From: Thalia democratica
Taxonomy: Eukaryota
Reading direction: 5' to 3'
DNA length: 64,000 nucleotides
Assembly: GCA_965202585.1 (NCBI GenBank)
Contig: OZ241826.1
Location: forward strand, 17,918,001-17,982,000
Below, piece by piece: positions 52,701-64,000 of the stretch. Every line of letters begins with the position of its first letter. Positions within the stretch are counted from its first letter, which is position 1. A program made the position numbers and the translations under genes. The notes beneath the pieces were generated by a model. The model saw only the letters and a program-made list of their open reading frames with translations. It searched no databases and was not told the origin of the DNA.

Positions 52701-55700
52701 AACCTGACCAATAAAAAGCAACACTATAACAGCAATATTTACAATTAACAAAAATAATTTTGAAAAATATACTTTGACATCATAGGAAGTATATGGGGGT
52801 AAAATACGCCCTCTACTTCGCCTTTCTCGAGCATTACGTCACAATGCTTTCGATTGCTGCAGTTGTTGGGATAGTGGTGATGTTGTACGGAATAGTTACA
52901 CTGTACAGCTCTGACAATATCAGGTTTTGATTGAATGACGTAATATTAAGCTCTATTCCATTAAATGTTGAGCATACTTTGCTCTAATTGGTGGATGCGA
53001 TAGTCACGTGATGCAATATGAAGCCTTGATCGTTGTCGTTGTCCTTGAGTAGAGCATATTTTAGCATGAAACGTTTTACTAAACTCCTTAGAAAACTATA
53101 AGAGTTTTAGTAACAAACATTTACCAGTAGTTTTAAAACAAATTATAACTTTGTTAATAATAAATATAATCTTTAAATACTTTGTTAAACAAAAACTAAA
53201 CAGCTAAATACGTTTAACAAACTTTTGCATGTAGTAAACGAAATTGCATGTGATTGCAGGAAGTACTTTGGGGACAAGATAGCCCTGTACTTCGCATGGT
53301 TGGGCTTCTACACGGAAATGCTGATTTGGCCCACGATAGTCGGACTCGCATGCATGACGTATTCGTTGTGCACCATGAACTCGTATGCCCCTGTGTTAGT
53401 TTTGTTTTAACTATGTATTTAAGTATTAAAACAGTTGATAAACAAAGAAACTACGAATCGGTAGTATTAGCGACCAATTTACACGACTTGAATAAGTTTA
53501 AATTTTAATATTACAATAAACTAAAAGAAAAATACTTTTTATATAACTTCAAAATTTATATCACTTATATGAGTAAGATAGCTCGTATATCACTGTATAA
53601 CTTTTTTTTTTAATTTTTATTAAAAATCTATATTTTTATATTTACTGTACGTAACATCCTACACTTACTCATGTAAAAATTTATTTGAGTCTAAGAATTC
53701 GCAAAAAATTAACCATACGTATTTAGTAACACACTTTAGTCTACAAAAGTAAATCTTAATAAGTTGCACATATCATAAAAAAACTAATCATTGCTAGTCA
53801 TTAAAATAGCAAGTTTTTACAAGCATATTTTTAAACTTGATTGCTTTTTATTTATTTCGTAATTATAGTTGAAGTCAATTTATTTTTTTACAATGATTTA
53901 TAAAACAGTTTGTCAAAAAAGTTTGCTTACAAATATTTTTTTGCAATTGAATAACAAAGTATAGTTATTCATATCCAACTACAGTTCAACAAGGTAAATA
54001 ATCTTTTTTTAGTTTAGTATATGTTGTCTGTGCAACTTCTAAAAGTCAAGTAAGAATTTTTGTTTTATTATTTAGTACAAAAATCTTTAAAAAGCAAAAA
54101 AAATATTATTTTTCTTCGAATTAAAATGTAGAAATAAGACAAAATAATTAATAAAGTATAAAACTATATTTAATTATCAAGACAAATAAAATATTCAACA
54201 GAAATTCCTCATTGTTTACTTTTATCATTAAAGTACAGCTTATTTGAATACAAAGCGCGCGAAACTAAAAATTGTTTTTTTACCGCTAAGCTGTGCTAGT
54301 TTATTACAAAACTTTTGAACATAATTAAGTTTCAAACTATTACAAACTTCTATTTTGTTAAGATTCTTTAAAACTTTACAAATAGTAGTTTATATTGTAA
54401 ATGTTTAAGATTTTTCTAGCTTGTAAATGATGTTTTGTCCTCAGTCTTTACGAGCACCTGAATGCGAATGCCATAAATATCTTATATGACAGTATTTGTA
54501 CTTATAGACAGTATTTGTACTCGTGTATGTTATATTTAAACTAAGTTTTAAAAAAAATTTCAATTCTAATGTTTTATTCTAATTTGATATTTTAATATGG
54601 AATTTTTTTGACCTCAAGACAAAATAAACAAATTGTAAAAGTTTTTGTTAACTAAAATTAAAATTAAAAACTGTTAATTAGCTGATATGAATACCTTTTT
54701 TTATTTTTAAACTTTTTTATCTGAAGGTAAATTAAACTTTTCTATTTAGTCGCGAAGTATGTGATGATACTTATCCTTCTTATGCCGGTGACCTCATCAT
54801 GTGTCCTCAGTGCGATAAGAGATGCGATTTCTGGAACCTAACTTCGTCTTGTCTCGCCACAAGGGTTGGTTGTGACGTCATTAACATCTTATTTATTGTC
54901 ATTAGGCAAAAAATGTTTTTCATAACAAGTTTGCATAGGAGTTATAGGTATCTTACCAACTTACGCTTATTTAAAATGTTATGTTTTACTTAGCTACTTT
55001 ATCTATTTAACTACTTAAAGTGTTAGTTTACTAACATCTTTAAGCTTTTTAATTTGTTTTATTGTAATATCAAAATGTTCTTTTTAAACCAGATAACGTA
55101 CGTGTTTGACAACAACTCAACAATTTTCTTTGCAATATTCATGTCCTTATGGGGTAAGTAAAGTTGCATGTTTTATTCTATTAATATAAAAACGCGTTAT
55201 GAACAAAATAGTTGATAAAAAAACTACTTTAATTTATAAACAACTTTTATAATAACTTTAAATTTCAATTACTAACACTAAATAATCAGGTAAATTTAAA
55301 TTTGATTACAATTTAATGTTAAAATTAACTTTTAAAGCAATTTTTATACCTACTGGAGTTAGACTAATTTAACAAACTTAAGGTTTAATTGCTTCAATAA
55401 AAATTCAAGTTATACTATCACCGGCACTCTCTAGCACAGCGTAGTGGATAGCAACTTTAAAAATACAGACTAAAGCATTTGCTTTTTTCTCACTAGTTCT
55501 TAATGGTTTTGGAAAAAAAAATAACAAAAAAAATAATCAGACTGCATTAGTACCCATTATCTGAGGTTTTATTCCACTATTTTTTTATTTTCTTATTTAT
55601 TTTATTTATTTAAACTATCAGCAACTTCATTCCTTGAGTCGTGGAAGAGAAAGCAGTTCAAGCTCAATTACGAGTGGGATCTTGTTGACTACGACGAAGA

Positions 55701-58700
55701 TCGGGACTTGATCCGACCCGAGTTCGAGGCTAAGGTGTCCAGGGAAAGGGTAAACCCCATCACTAAGAAGAAGGAGCCTTTTTTAAGTGCTAAAGACAAA
55801 TGCACGAGGATATGCTTCAGCGCAGTTACAGTATTTTTCTGGGTTTGTCTTATTAGTACTTTACTTCATGTATAAAAAAAACGTCTGATAAATGTATAAA
55901 CATTTTAGTGTATAAGCTGTCTTTAATAGTTTAAGAAACTCTTTGTTAAAGACAAAAACAACTCGTTTTGCTTTTTTTAGTATGTGAGTTTCAATATGTA
56001 ACGCTTAGCGCAACAGCTGTGTTTTTCTAGGTTTGTTATAGATTTTATTATTCACTATATTTGATATACAAATATACTATTTAGTTTTTATACTATTCAT
56101 AATATAATATTTCCTTTGCCTTATGTAATAAAGTAAAATTAAAATAATTAACTTTTTTTTTAACCGTATGACTTTTTTTACTTTAAAATAAATAAAACAT
56201 GCATATTTAACTGAACAAAATTAAATCAAATTATATACACTTTTACATGTTTTGTACCAAACATGTATTGATAAATAAATAATTGCTAAAAGTTATGAAT
56301 TCAGTTTTTCTAAAGGAAAATATAGTATTTTACATCAATATTTTCCCAACAGGTATTAGTAGTGTGTGCGGCAGTAGTAGCAGTCATCATATACAGGATA
56401 GTGATAACATCAGTGTTCGCATTATCACTATCAGACCAAAATACAGACGGTATCGCTTCATACGCCACACCATCTCTACTAACCACAATAACCGGATCTT
56501 GTATATCTTTGATAATTATCATGATACTCAACACGGTTTGTATTGTTTTTAAAGCTGTTTTGATTTTATGCTTTCTTTTATTTCTTGAGTATCTCTATGT
56601 ACTTTTAGTTCATAAAAATTATTGAAAACCAGCATTACTTATATTGTTTAAAGTTTTGATAACTCTGTTTGTTGTAACATAAACATTTTTACAGATTTAC
56701 GAGAAAATTGCAATATGGCTTACAGACCTTGGTAAGTAAGATTCTTATGACTAAAGTTAAATAAATACAAATAAAATATAAAATTAAGTATTTAAGTACG
56801 AAAATACGTAAATCACGTTAGACTAGTCAAGCGTAAAATGCGTAAAAGTATTAAATGCGTAAGAATATATTATGCGTAAAGTTTCAGCAATTGTTTTTAT
56901 ACCAAACACAAAGAACTACCAAATACATAACTATTATTTTTTGCTTGTATTAAATACACTCATTCTAAAATGAAATCTAATGTAACCACAGAACTACCTC
57001 GGACGCAGATAGAGTTCGAAGATTCATTCACGTTCAAGATGTTCTGCTTCCAGTTTGTCAATTACTACTCCTACTTGTTTTACGTCGCCTTCCTGAAAAA
57101 TGTCCTGGCCGGTCTGCCGCCCAACTACACCTACTTTGTTGGAAACCGGTGGGAAGAGGTAATATTTTTTACATATTTATTTTAATTATATACTATAATT
57201 TAAAATTGTATGTCATGTTGAACTTAAAGTTCTGCACTGTTTAGTAATACTAGAAAAAACAATGTTCAAGTGTTTTCAATGCTTAATCACTCTAATTTTG
57301 GTACCGTTTAAATATAAATCAGTATTTTTAAAAGTATCCTGTTGTTTGTTTGATAAAACTTAATATAAAAAATATTCCTAATGTAGACAATTTTCGTTTT
57401 TTTTAATACCTGCTGAAGAAAAAAGCACATTTTTTAAATGACGTGTTTCATATCTTCAAAATATTTATTTATTAAACATTTCTATAAAAATACAATTTTA
57501 ATTCTTTTTTAACGTAAGCATTTCAACTTTTTTTCTATTATAATTTTGACTATGAATATTAAATCCATTTTAATTAAAACAAATTTATACAGTGCGACCC
57601 TGGTGGTTGTATGTACGAGTTATCAACACAACTTGTAATCATTATGTTTGGAAAACAACTTTGGAACAATGTCATTGAAATTGTACTACCATGGGCTCAA
57701 ACTAAATACAGGTTTGTTTTAGAAATAATCTTTTTGCGTAAACTAAGATCTAAGTTAGCATATAGACTTGTGTTAAATTTGTTTCTTTTATATTGAAAAG
57801 CAATTTTTTTTTGGAACTAAATTAAATAATTAAAAATAACACAACACTTTAGTTTCAAATCACTTTTAAAATTAGAATAATATTTATTTTTTACATCTTA
57901 ATTCCTACCTGCCAATATGCTTCATACTTTAAATTGTTTTTATTTACTTTTTTCCTAAACCAACTTTAATTATTTCAGACAGTGGAAATCAGCAATGGTC
58001 ACACAAGAATCACCAGAAAACGCCTACACAAGGTAAAAATAATTTACATTAAAAAAAAGTAATTATATATACAGTTCGTTTAAGTATATTGTGCTAAATA
58101 AGTGTTTGAAGTAGAAACTTTTGATCAAACTTTTTCATCAACTTAACATAAAATGAAGTTTAAAAATTTATTTTATTTACTCAAATCTGTAACATACCTA
58201 AAACTATCAAGACTTATTTTAATGCTTTAGTTTTTGTCATAACTACTCATTATATTTAGTTAAACTAAATTAAAACTAGTTTTTTACAAAACCTTTTATT
58301 AATAGATGGGAACAAGATTATGATCTTCAACCGTTCGCACAATTATCTTTGTTCTACGAATATCTTGAAATGGGTAAGTATTGAAATATAATATAAATAG
58401 TCGGATTTAAGTTGTTTGTAATAGTTTTGATTTTGTAGTCTGTTTTCTGATGACACTAAAACTATGCAAAATATGTAAATTTTCTATAGACTTTTTTGTA
58501 TGATTTTGTGTATTACTTAAACTTTTGTTTTTTTTTGCTTTTGTTTTGTCTTATAGAGTTTTTTTTTAAATTGTAACTTAAACTTGTTTGTGACTAATCT
58601 AAGATTATAAAAAATAAAATGTTGATAAAATATTTCATATTCTAATGGTGTAAAACTGTATTAAATTTCAGTAATCTAGTTCGTATTTGCGACTTTTGTC

Positions 58701-61159
58701 GTATTAAATTGAATTAAATAAATACTTATTCATATTAATTTATGTTTTTTTTTTCAGTTATCCAGTTCGGATTTGCGACACTATTTGTATCAGCTTTCCC
58801 GTTAGCACCTGCATTAGCACTAATAAACAACATATTTGAAATCAGACTTGATGCTAATAAGCTCATCACTGGATCCAGGTTTGTAGTTATTACTATTTTT
58901 GGAAAACTAATTCTAATAAACTACTTTTATAAATATCTAACTTAATTAGCTTAAACTACTTTACTTTTTATTTAACAGTGGCTTGGTTAGCAATCTTATT
59001 TTTATTATAGACAGTTAAAAATAATTGTTGCACTGAAATAACTTTATTTTATTAAATTTTGTATCAAATAGGATGTTTTAATATAAAACTTATTTCAAAA
59101 CTTTGTAAAATATTGATATGTTAAATCTTTACAGACGGCCAATAGCTCAAAAGTGTGCAGATATTGGTGTCTGGTATTATTTGCTGGACTTCCTTGGTAC
59201 ACTTGCCGTTATTACAAATGTTAGTTTAAACTAAGAATTTTACGCTTAGTTATTATTACCCTTAATTTAAGTTGATGAAATATCTAAAAAACATTATTGG
59301 CATACATACCCATTTTAACAATATATTCTCATTTAAAAATATCTATTTCTTTGAACCGTTATAACAAATGTTTGTTTTAAAAATTAATTGCTTGACTTTA
59401 GTTGGTAACATCTTATAAAAGTTTTGTAAAATAATTGTTCAGTTTAAACAATATACAATAAGTTACTATGTATTAATAGTAAGTTTGACATAAATAAAAC
59501 AATACTTATTACAGGCATTCGTAATAGCATTCACCTCTCAAACAATTCCAAAACTAGTTTATTATTACGTATACTCGCTTGATTCATACGACTCAATGAC
59601 CATGCAGGTTTGGTATAGTGACGTCATTTATTTGTTTTTATAATACTCTAACTATTCATAATGTGTACTTATTTTGTTTACCATTTGGTTTGCTATTTAA
59701 AATAGTTTAATATATTTTATGTAGACAACAGTAAAAGTTAATTTGTCTAAAGCTTAACACTAATAATAAATAATTGAACAATAAAAAACTATATTAAACT
59801 TGTTTTAATAATCTTTTAAATATGTTGTACACTTATAGTAACTTTTTTACAGGGTTTCACAAACAACAGCTTAGCAGTATTTAAAGTCGATGACTTTCCA
59901 CCTCAAAGCAAACCAGACTCTACTACTTATGAGTTTTGCAGGTGAGTTTCTCCTAAAATTACTAATTTATTTATTCAAAGTAAAATTTAATTTTGAAGTT
60001 TAACCTTTTACAGATTTATTTTTATATATATTATGGAGTTAATTTTCTAACTTAGTACCCAACAAGCAGCTACCTTTTTACAATTTTATGATACTCTTAA
60101 AAATACAATTAATAAATGAAAGCTGTTGCTTGAATGCTTTTTTTATCAAAAAGGGTTTAAAATTAATCAAGCTATAAATACTTTTTAAAATTTCTTTATA
60201 TAATACGCAACTAGATTGCACAGACACAATTTAAAACACTTTCTACAGATACCGAGCATACAGAACAGGTCCTGACGATCCTGAACCTTATTCGAGAACG
60301 AAACAGTATTATCACGTCATAGCAGCCCAAGTTGCTTTCGTCATAGTTATGGAGGTGAGTGTATATATTTATTCATATATCTTTATTATTGTAAACAATT
60401 TTGTTTAGCATAATTCTTTAACAATATTAGTATATTATATGTGATTGTTTTATTTAAAATTCATGATTTATTTTTATTATTTCAGCACGTCGTAATATTC
60501 TGCAAGTGGCTGATAGACTATATAGTTCCCGACAGGCCGAGATCGCTTCAGAACAAGATAAGAAGGGAACATTATTTGGTTCAGGAAGTTCTGGTTAAAG
60601 CAGAGTGTGAGGAACTACTGAAACATGTTCACAGTACTGCAGGTGTGTTGAATAAGTAGCTTAATACAGAAATAAAGAAACATAAAGTTATAATTATGTT
60701 ATACTTTATTGACTTTTTGTACAATTTTATTTTCAAATTTACTACGGTAGTCTTTACTTTAGTCAGAATGTTTTATAGACTAGCTTAACTCTTTCGCAAA
60801 TGTTTTTTTTTAAATACAAGATGTTTATCAGTATGATAAAAAAAATTAAAGTTAAATTAATTTCGGATTTTTCTTATTTATTGTGTTATATTTATTTAAG
60901 TCGAGTGTATAAACCAAAATTTGAAAACTATTTACTTATCAAAGTCATTTTTTTACCTCAAAAGTTGCACTTAAGCAGTGAAACTTAGTTGTAATTGAAT
61001 AAACTAGTTATGCATCTGTGTTGTAAATGTGTTTATATTTCAGAAGGCACACCCGCCAGCGAACTGAGTCCAACGGCGCAGAACGGAAACAAGGTAATAC
61101 AAGACCAACCCACGTCGGAGGACACGGTGGAACTGGTGAAGGAGACGACAGGGTTATGA
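46714..61159 (+). CDS. ANO: Anoctamin/TMEM16 family protein (ANO5/ANO6-like Ca2+-activated scramblase/channel), shared body, 23 core exons, 887 aa
   Basis: Hand-spliced GT-AG exons with consistent phases: 46714-46890, 47360-47467, 47757-47876, 48907-49008, 49343-49450, 52182-52303, [52786-52923 or 53260-53394], 54750-54864, 55093-55153, 55622-55842, 56353-56535, 56695-56731, 56992-57158, 57593-57711, 57979-58032, 58306-58373, 58758-58878, 59135-59219, 59515-59607, 59853-59941, 60249-60354, 60486-60642, 61044-61159. Family motifs seen: [114 protein letters not shown]. The exact paralog cannot be fixed without a tree. Confidence 0.96.
47041..47310 (+). repeat. Intronic ~158-bp tandem duplication
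   Basis: tgaggtaag.ctgcatt.aaaaaa...ct.taaaagttataaactgt.atagcttatgagttcagcaat at ~47041 and ~47199. Confidence 0.85.
48798..48824 (+). CDS. ANO: Candidate 27-nt microexon (ARIRREKRE), phase 0-0
   Basis: ttttatttgttacgtag| acceptor and GAA|gttagt donor; frame-preserving; 82-nt intron to the next exon. Confidence 0.45.
49409..49645 (+). repeat. Tandem copies of the 3' end plus donor of the FPLHD exon (3 copies)
   Basis: ataaacgatggaacata.gaaagtgtatttcc...ca.gatgttagttt at 49409 and 49502, with a decayed copy at 49601. Confidence 0.9.
51386..51532 (+). CDS. ANO: Candidate 147-nt cassette exon (49 aa), phase 0-0, inserted after FPLHD
   Basis: attag| acceptor and AAA|gttaga donor; 49 open codons with raised GC/purine content inside an AT-rich intron. 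Confidence 0.6.
52264..52556 (+). repeat. 93-bp tandem copies of the 3' end plus donor of the QQPLDAIR exon (3 copies and a remnant)
   Basis: cagatggta.aaacaacaa.ca.tagatgctataaggtgattt, with the post-CAG start at 52271, 52364 and 52457 and a remnant at 52544. Confidence 0.9.
52786..52923 (+). CDS. ANO: TM1 exon variant a ([45 protein letters not shown]), mutually exclusive candidate
   Basis: catag| acceptor and AG|gttttg donor; 138 nt, phase 2-2, intact frame; homologous to 53260-53394. Confidence 0.85.
53260..53394 (+). CDS. ANO: TM1 exon variant b ([44 protein letters not shown]), canonical-type
   Basis: ttgcag| acceptor and GT|gttagt donor; 135 nt, phase 2-2; carries the family YFAWLG motif. 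Confidence 0.92.
61044..61159 (+). CDS. ANO: Terminal coding exon ending ...VKETTGL*
   Basis: atttcag| acceptor is phase 1, matching donor GCAG|gtgtgt after 60642; TGA at 61157-61159. Confidence 0.8.
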
Positions 61160-61206
61160 AGTCAGAATTGAATAATGACGTCATGATGTAGTTGTGACGT
61201 CACTGT

Positions 61207-61212
61207 AATAAA
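61207..61212 (+). terminator. Candidate polyadenylation signal AATAAA
   Basis: First AATAAA after the stop codon, followed by a T-rich tract. The hexamer is common in this AT-rich DNA, so support is weak. Confidence 0.35.
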
Positions 61213-63063
61213 AACTTTTTGTTTTTTGAAAAGCTTGAGTTGTTTTACCTGTTTTTTAAGTGTCATATAGTTAAGTTTTTTAAAAGGTCACTTTATTTTT
61301 TTGAATAAACTTCAATAAATTCAACATATTTTTTTTTAGTCGATAGATTTTCAGATAAATAATTAATTACTTATAAATTGTATTTTTTTACTAAAAACTA
61401 CAAACATTTTTTGTTTCATTGTAGATGATTTTTTAAGCTTGATTTTGCACAAGCTTTAGTTTATTGAATCCATCAACTAAACTTTTTTTTGTTGTGATCC
61501 TTTTATTGACTAATTTAGTAATCAACAGCTTTAACTGTTTCTTTTTGTGCTATTTTTAAAGTTCGTTGTTTAAAATTCCATCATTATTAAAAAAAGAATA
61601 ATTTGCAATTATAAAACTAAAAGAAAAAATCACTATAAAGTTTTACAAAAGTTTAAGACTTAAGATAACGCTCATCTTTAACTTACAAACAGTTTTTTTT
61701 TAATTTAAACTATAGTTAACTAGTCATCACACTTTATTAATACAAAGCTTTTTATTTATGCTAAAAACTAATTTTTACACCTAGGTACAATTAACTATTC
61801 CTTGTTTTTACTTTTATTACTCTCATAACATTTTTTAAAGATTAGTGGAATGACAAAAGTAGTTTTCAAAATAAAACAAACAAAATGCTAACTTAAAGTT
61901 TTCAATCAATTATTTTTCTTAGAAATTTTATGAAAAACTTTTTTATTACTTTTTTTATTTTTCTATGTTATTTTTACATCACTAATCTTCAATTTTACTA
62001 GTGCCCAAAATTTGTTTTATTAGGTACAATTATAAAAAGGTTTAAATCAATTTATTAAACGTTTTACTTACACTAAACTGAAAGTAACATTTAAGTAAAT
62101 AGAAAAATACTATTTAACTTTCAATTTTTTTTTTTCATGTTATACAAATCTAATAAATATACTTTTCTTCACTAAACAGTTAATAATTAAATAAATAAAA
62201 TCTTTGTTTGTACGGTTTATTGTGTTTTTATTTTGTACTTTATTGGTTTTTTATTGTAGTTTTTTTGAAAACTTTTAAACATTGATTCCTATCATTGCAG
62301 TTGTAATTGTTTTTTTTTGCCATTGAAGATTTTTATAGTTTTGTAAAATATTACAACAAATAATGTTTACAATAGTGGTTGGTATATTGTAAAACGGCAG
62401 TTAACTAATTTTTAACAAGTCTAAGAAAGATGAAAAATTATGATATTCTTAACAATTACTTAACATTATTTTTTCGAATAATAAGCAGCTGTTTAAATTT
62501 ATAGACTTTTTTTATTAACCAGTATAGATAATAATGTTTTGAAATTCTGCAAGCACCAATGTTCAGATTCAACAAAAAAATTTACTATCAGGCTTTTGTA
62601 GACGTAAAAGAATTTGTTTGATTCAAATAAAACCTAGCAGCATACATCTAAAACAAAAAGATTTTGACTTAAAATTTAAATGTTTCTCCTAAAGCTAATT
62701 GCTCTGCAACATATAATAATGTCTTTTGTTAATGCTTGACACTTTTCAGTATGTTGTAGCTTTTAATAAACCAACATTTATTAAACAATTTGATATCATA
62801 TTACCTTTGAATAAGTTAATATTACTTAACAATTTTGTAAAAAAGTAAATTAAGTTGCTTTGATCAAAAATTACTACAGTTAAACTATTTTAGTATTTCG
62901 TAATAGTATTTAAGTCTTTAACAGTCTTAAGGATTGTTCAATGAAATATGCAGCAAAGACGTTTTCTAAAGCAAACTTTTGCATGTAATTTTGTAGAAGA
63001 AACCGAAAACTCTTACTGTTAAAAAAATGGTTTGACAAAAACGGGTAGATATCAGAAATTCAC

Positions 63064-63315
63064 GAAGGGTCACTTTTGTACGAGTAGTCACTTTTAAAAA
63101 AACTGATATTTTGCACGTGGTCACTTTTGCACGGTTTTAAACTTAGCTTCAGCTATTGGTATGTGGTTCCTCCTGTCGGCTTGGAGAGCGGAGATTTATG
63201 GTTATTGCGGTGACTTAAACAAGTTAACTGTGCAAAATTGATACCCCTGCATGACTGTTTACCGTACAAAAGTGACACCGATGCATAAATGTCTATCGTG
63301 CAAAAGTTGCCCGTC
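63064..63315. mobile_element. MITE-like element with GTCACTTTTG(C/T)ACG subterminal repeats in inverted orientation
   Basis: Left end gggtcacttttgtacga, gtcactttt, gtcacttttgcacgg; right end ccgtacaaaagtgac, cgtgcaaaagttgcccgtc; GC-raised core without an ORF. Confidence 0.6.
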
Positions 63316-64000
63316 TCCATTAAAAAAATACAGCAAAATAAGACTTTTTAATATTAAAAACTAGTTAATACTAACTTACAATTAGTTAAAGTAATAACAT
63401 GTTCTGTAAAACTGTTGTTACAGTCACCTCTAACGAATCTGCGCACTCATGTTTAGTTACGCACTTTCGTTTAGTTACGCAGTTTTAGAATTCTTAAATA
63501 ATACGAATGAAAATGTTGTTAAATCGTTTGAATTTTTAATTTTGTGCAAAATTCCTCAAGATATATATGATCTAGAATATATTAAACACATACAAATTTT
63601 GTACTTTTTAAGGAATGTTTTAGGTTGTTTTTAAAGCTACATAGTTTATGTTTTCAATAAAAAAGGTTTTAATTAACGCATTTGTTAACTGGGTCGCTTT
63701 TAAAACTTAAGATGAATTATTTTACTTTATTAATTACAAAACTTTTTAAAATGCATTAGTAAGCATAAAATAAAAGTTCCCATTCTAATTCAAGTGCGTA
63801 AATAAAATGTTGCATTGCGCTAGTATTTTATAATAAACTCAGCAAAAATATTACAGAAGTTCTAACGAATTTTCTAATACCTTTTATTAACACACAAAAT
63901 CTTTTTAAGTATTTAAAACGAAAGCAAGTCGTGACCTCACACTTAAAACAACAAGCAAAAAATTAAAAAATAAGTCAAAGGCAATTTACAATTATACAAC

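Noticed and set aside
46723-56552. Off-frame or antisense ORFs at 46723, 53254, 56283 and 56310
   Set aside because: They overlap real anoctamin exons in other frames, where GC content suppresses stops.
46714-61159. Non-canonical or U12-type introns, or stop-codon recoding in the anoctamin
   Set aside because: All modelled introns are GT-AG with ordinary donors, and the spliced frame has no internal stops.
10252-63634. Short F/L/I/K/N-rich ORFs (10252, 14468, 21688, 22368, 23990, 28210, 28409, 46363, 50515, 60800, 63449)
   Set aside because: Composition is that of translated AT-rich non-coding DNA; many have non-ATG starts; no motifs or fitting splice sites.

Overview
Very AT-rich, intron-containing eukaryotic (metazoan) DNA. 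The strong enrichment of the TGACGTCA octamer and short GT-AG introns suggest an invertebrate, possibly a tunicate (inference only). Most of the window is one plus-strand anoctamin/TMEM16 gene, most like the ANO5/ANO6 scramblase type. I rebuilt its shared body by hand as 23 GT-AG exons (46714-61159, 887 aa), with all intron phases consistent. The main interest is its isoform architecture: (1) two mutually exclusive paralogous exons for the first transmembrane helix (52786-52923 and 53260-53394); (2) about seven candidate alternative first exons over ~34 kb that feed the same phase-0 acceptor directly or through five shared exons; (3) frame-neutral cassette and micro-exons; (4) two alternative C-termini, with and without a PDZ-type motif; (5) repeated local duplication of exon ends with their splice sites. 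Also present are two overlapping small ORFs on the minus strand (4711-5150), a small structured GC island (~2240-2330), MITE-like and foldback elements, and local tandem repeats. All exon models come from reading the sequence; there is no transcript evidence.
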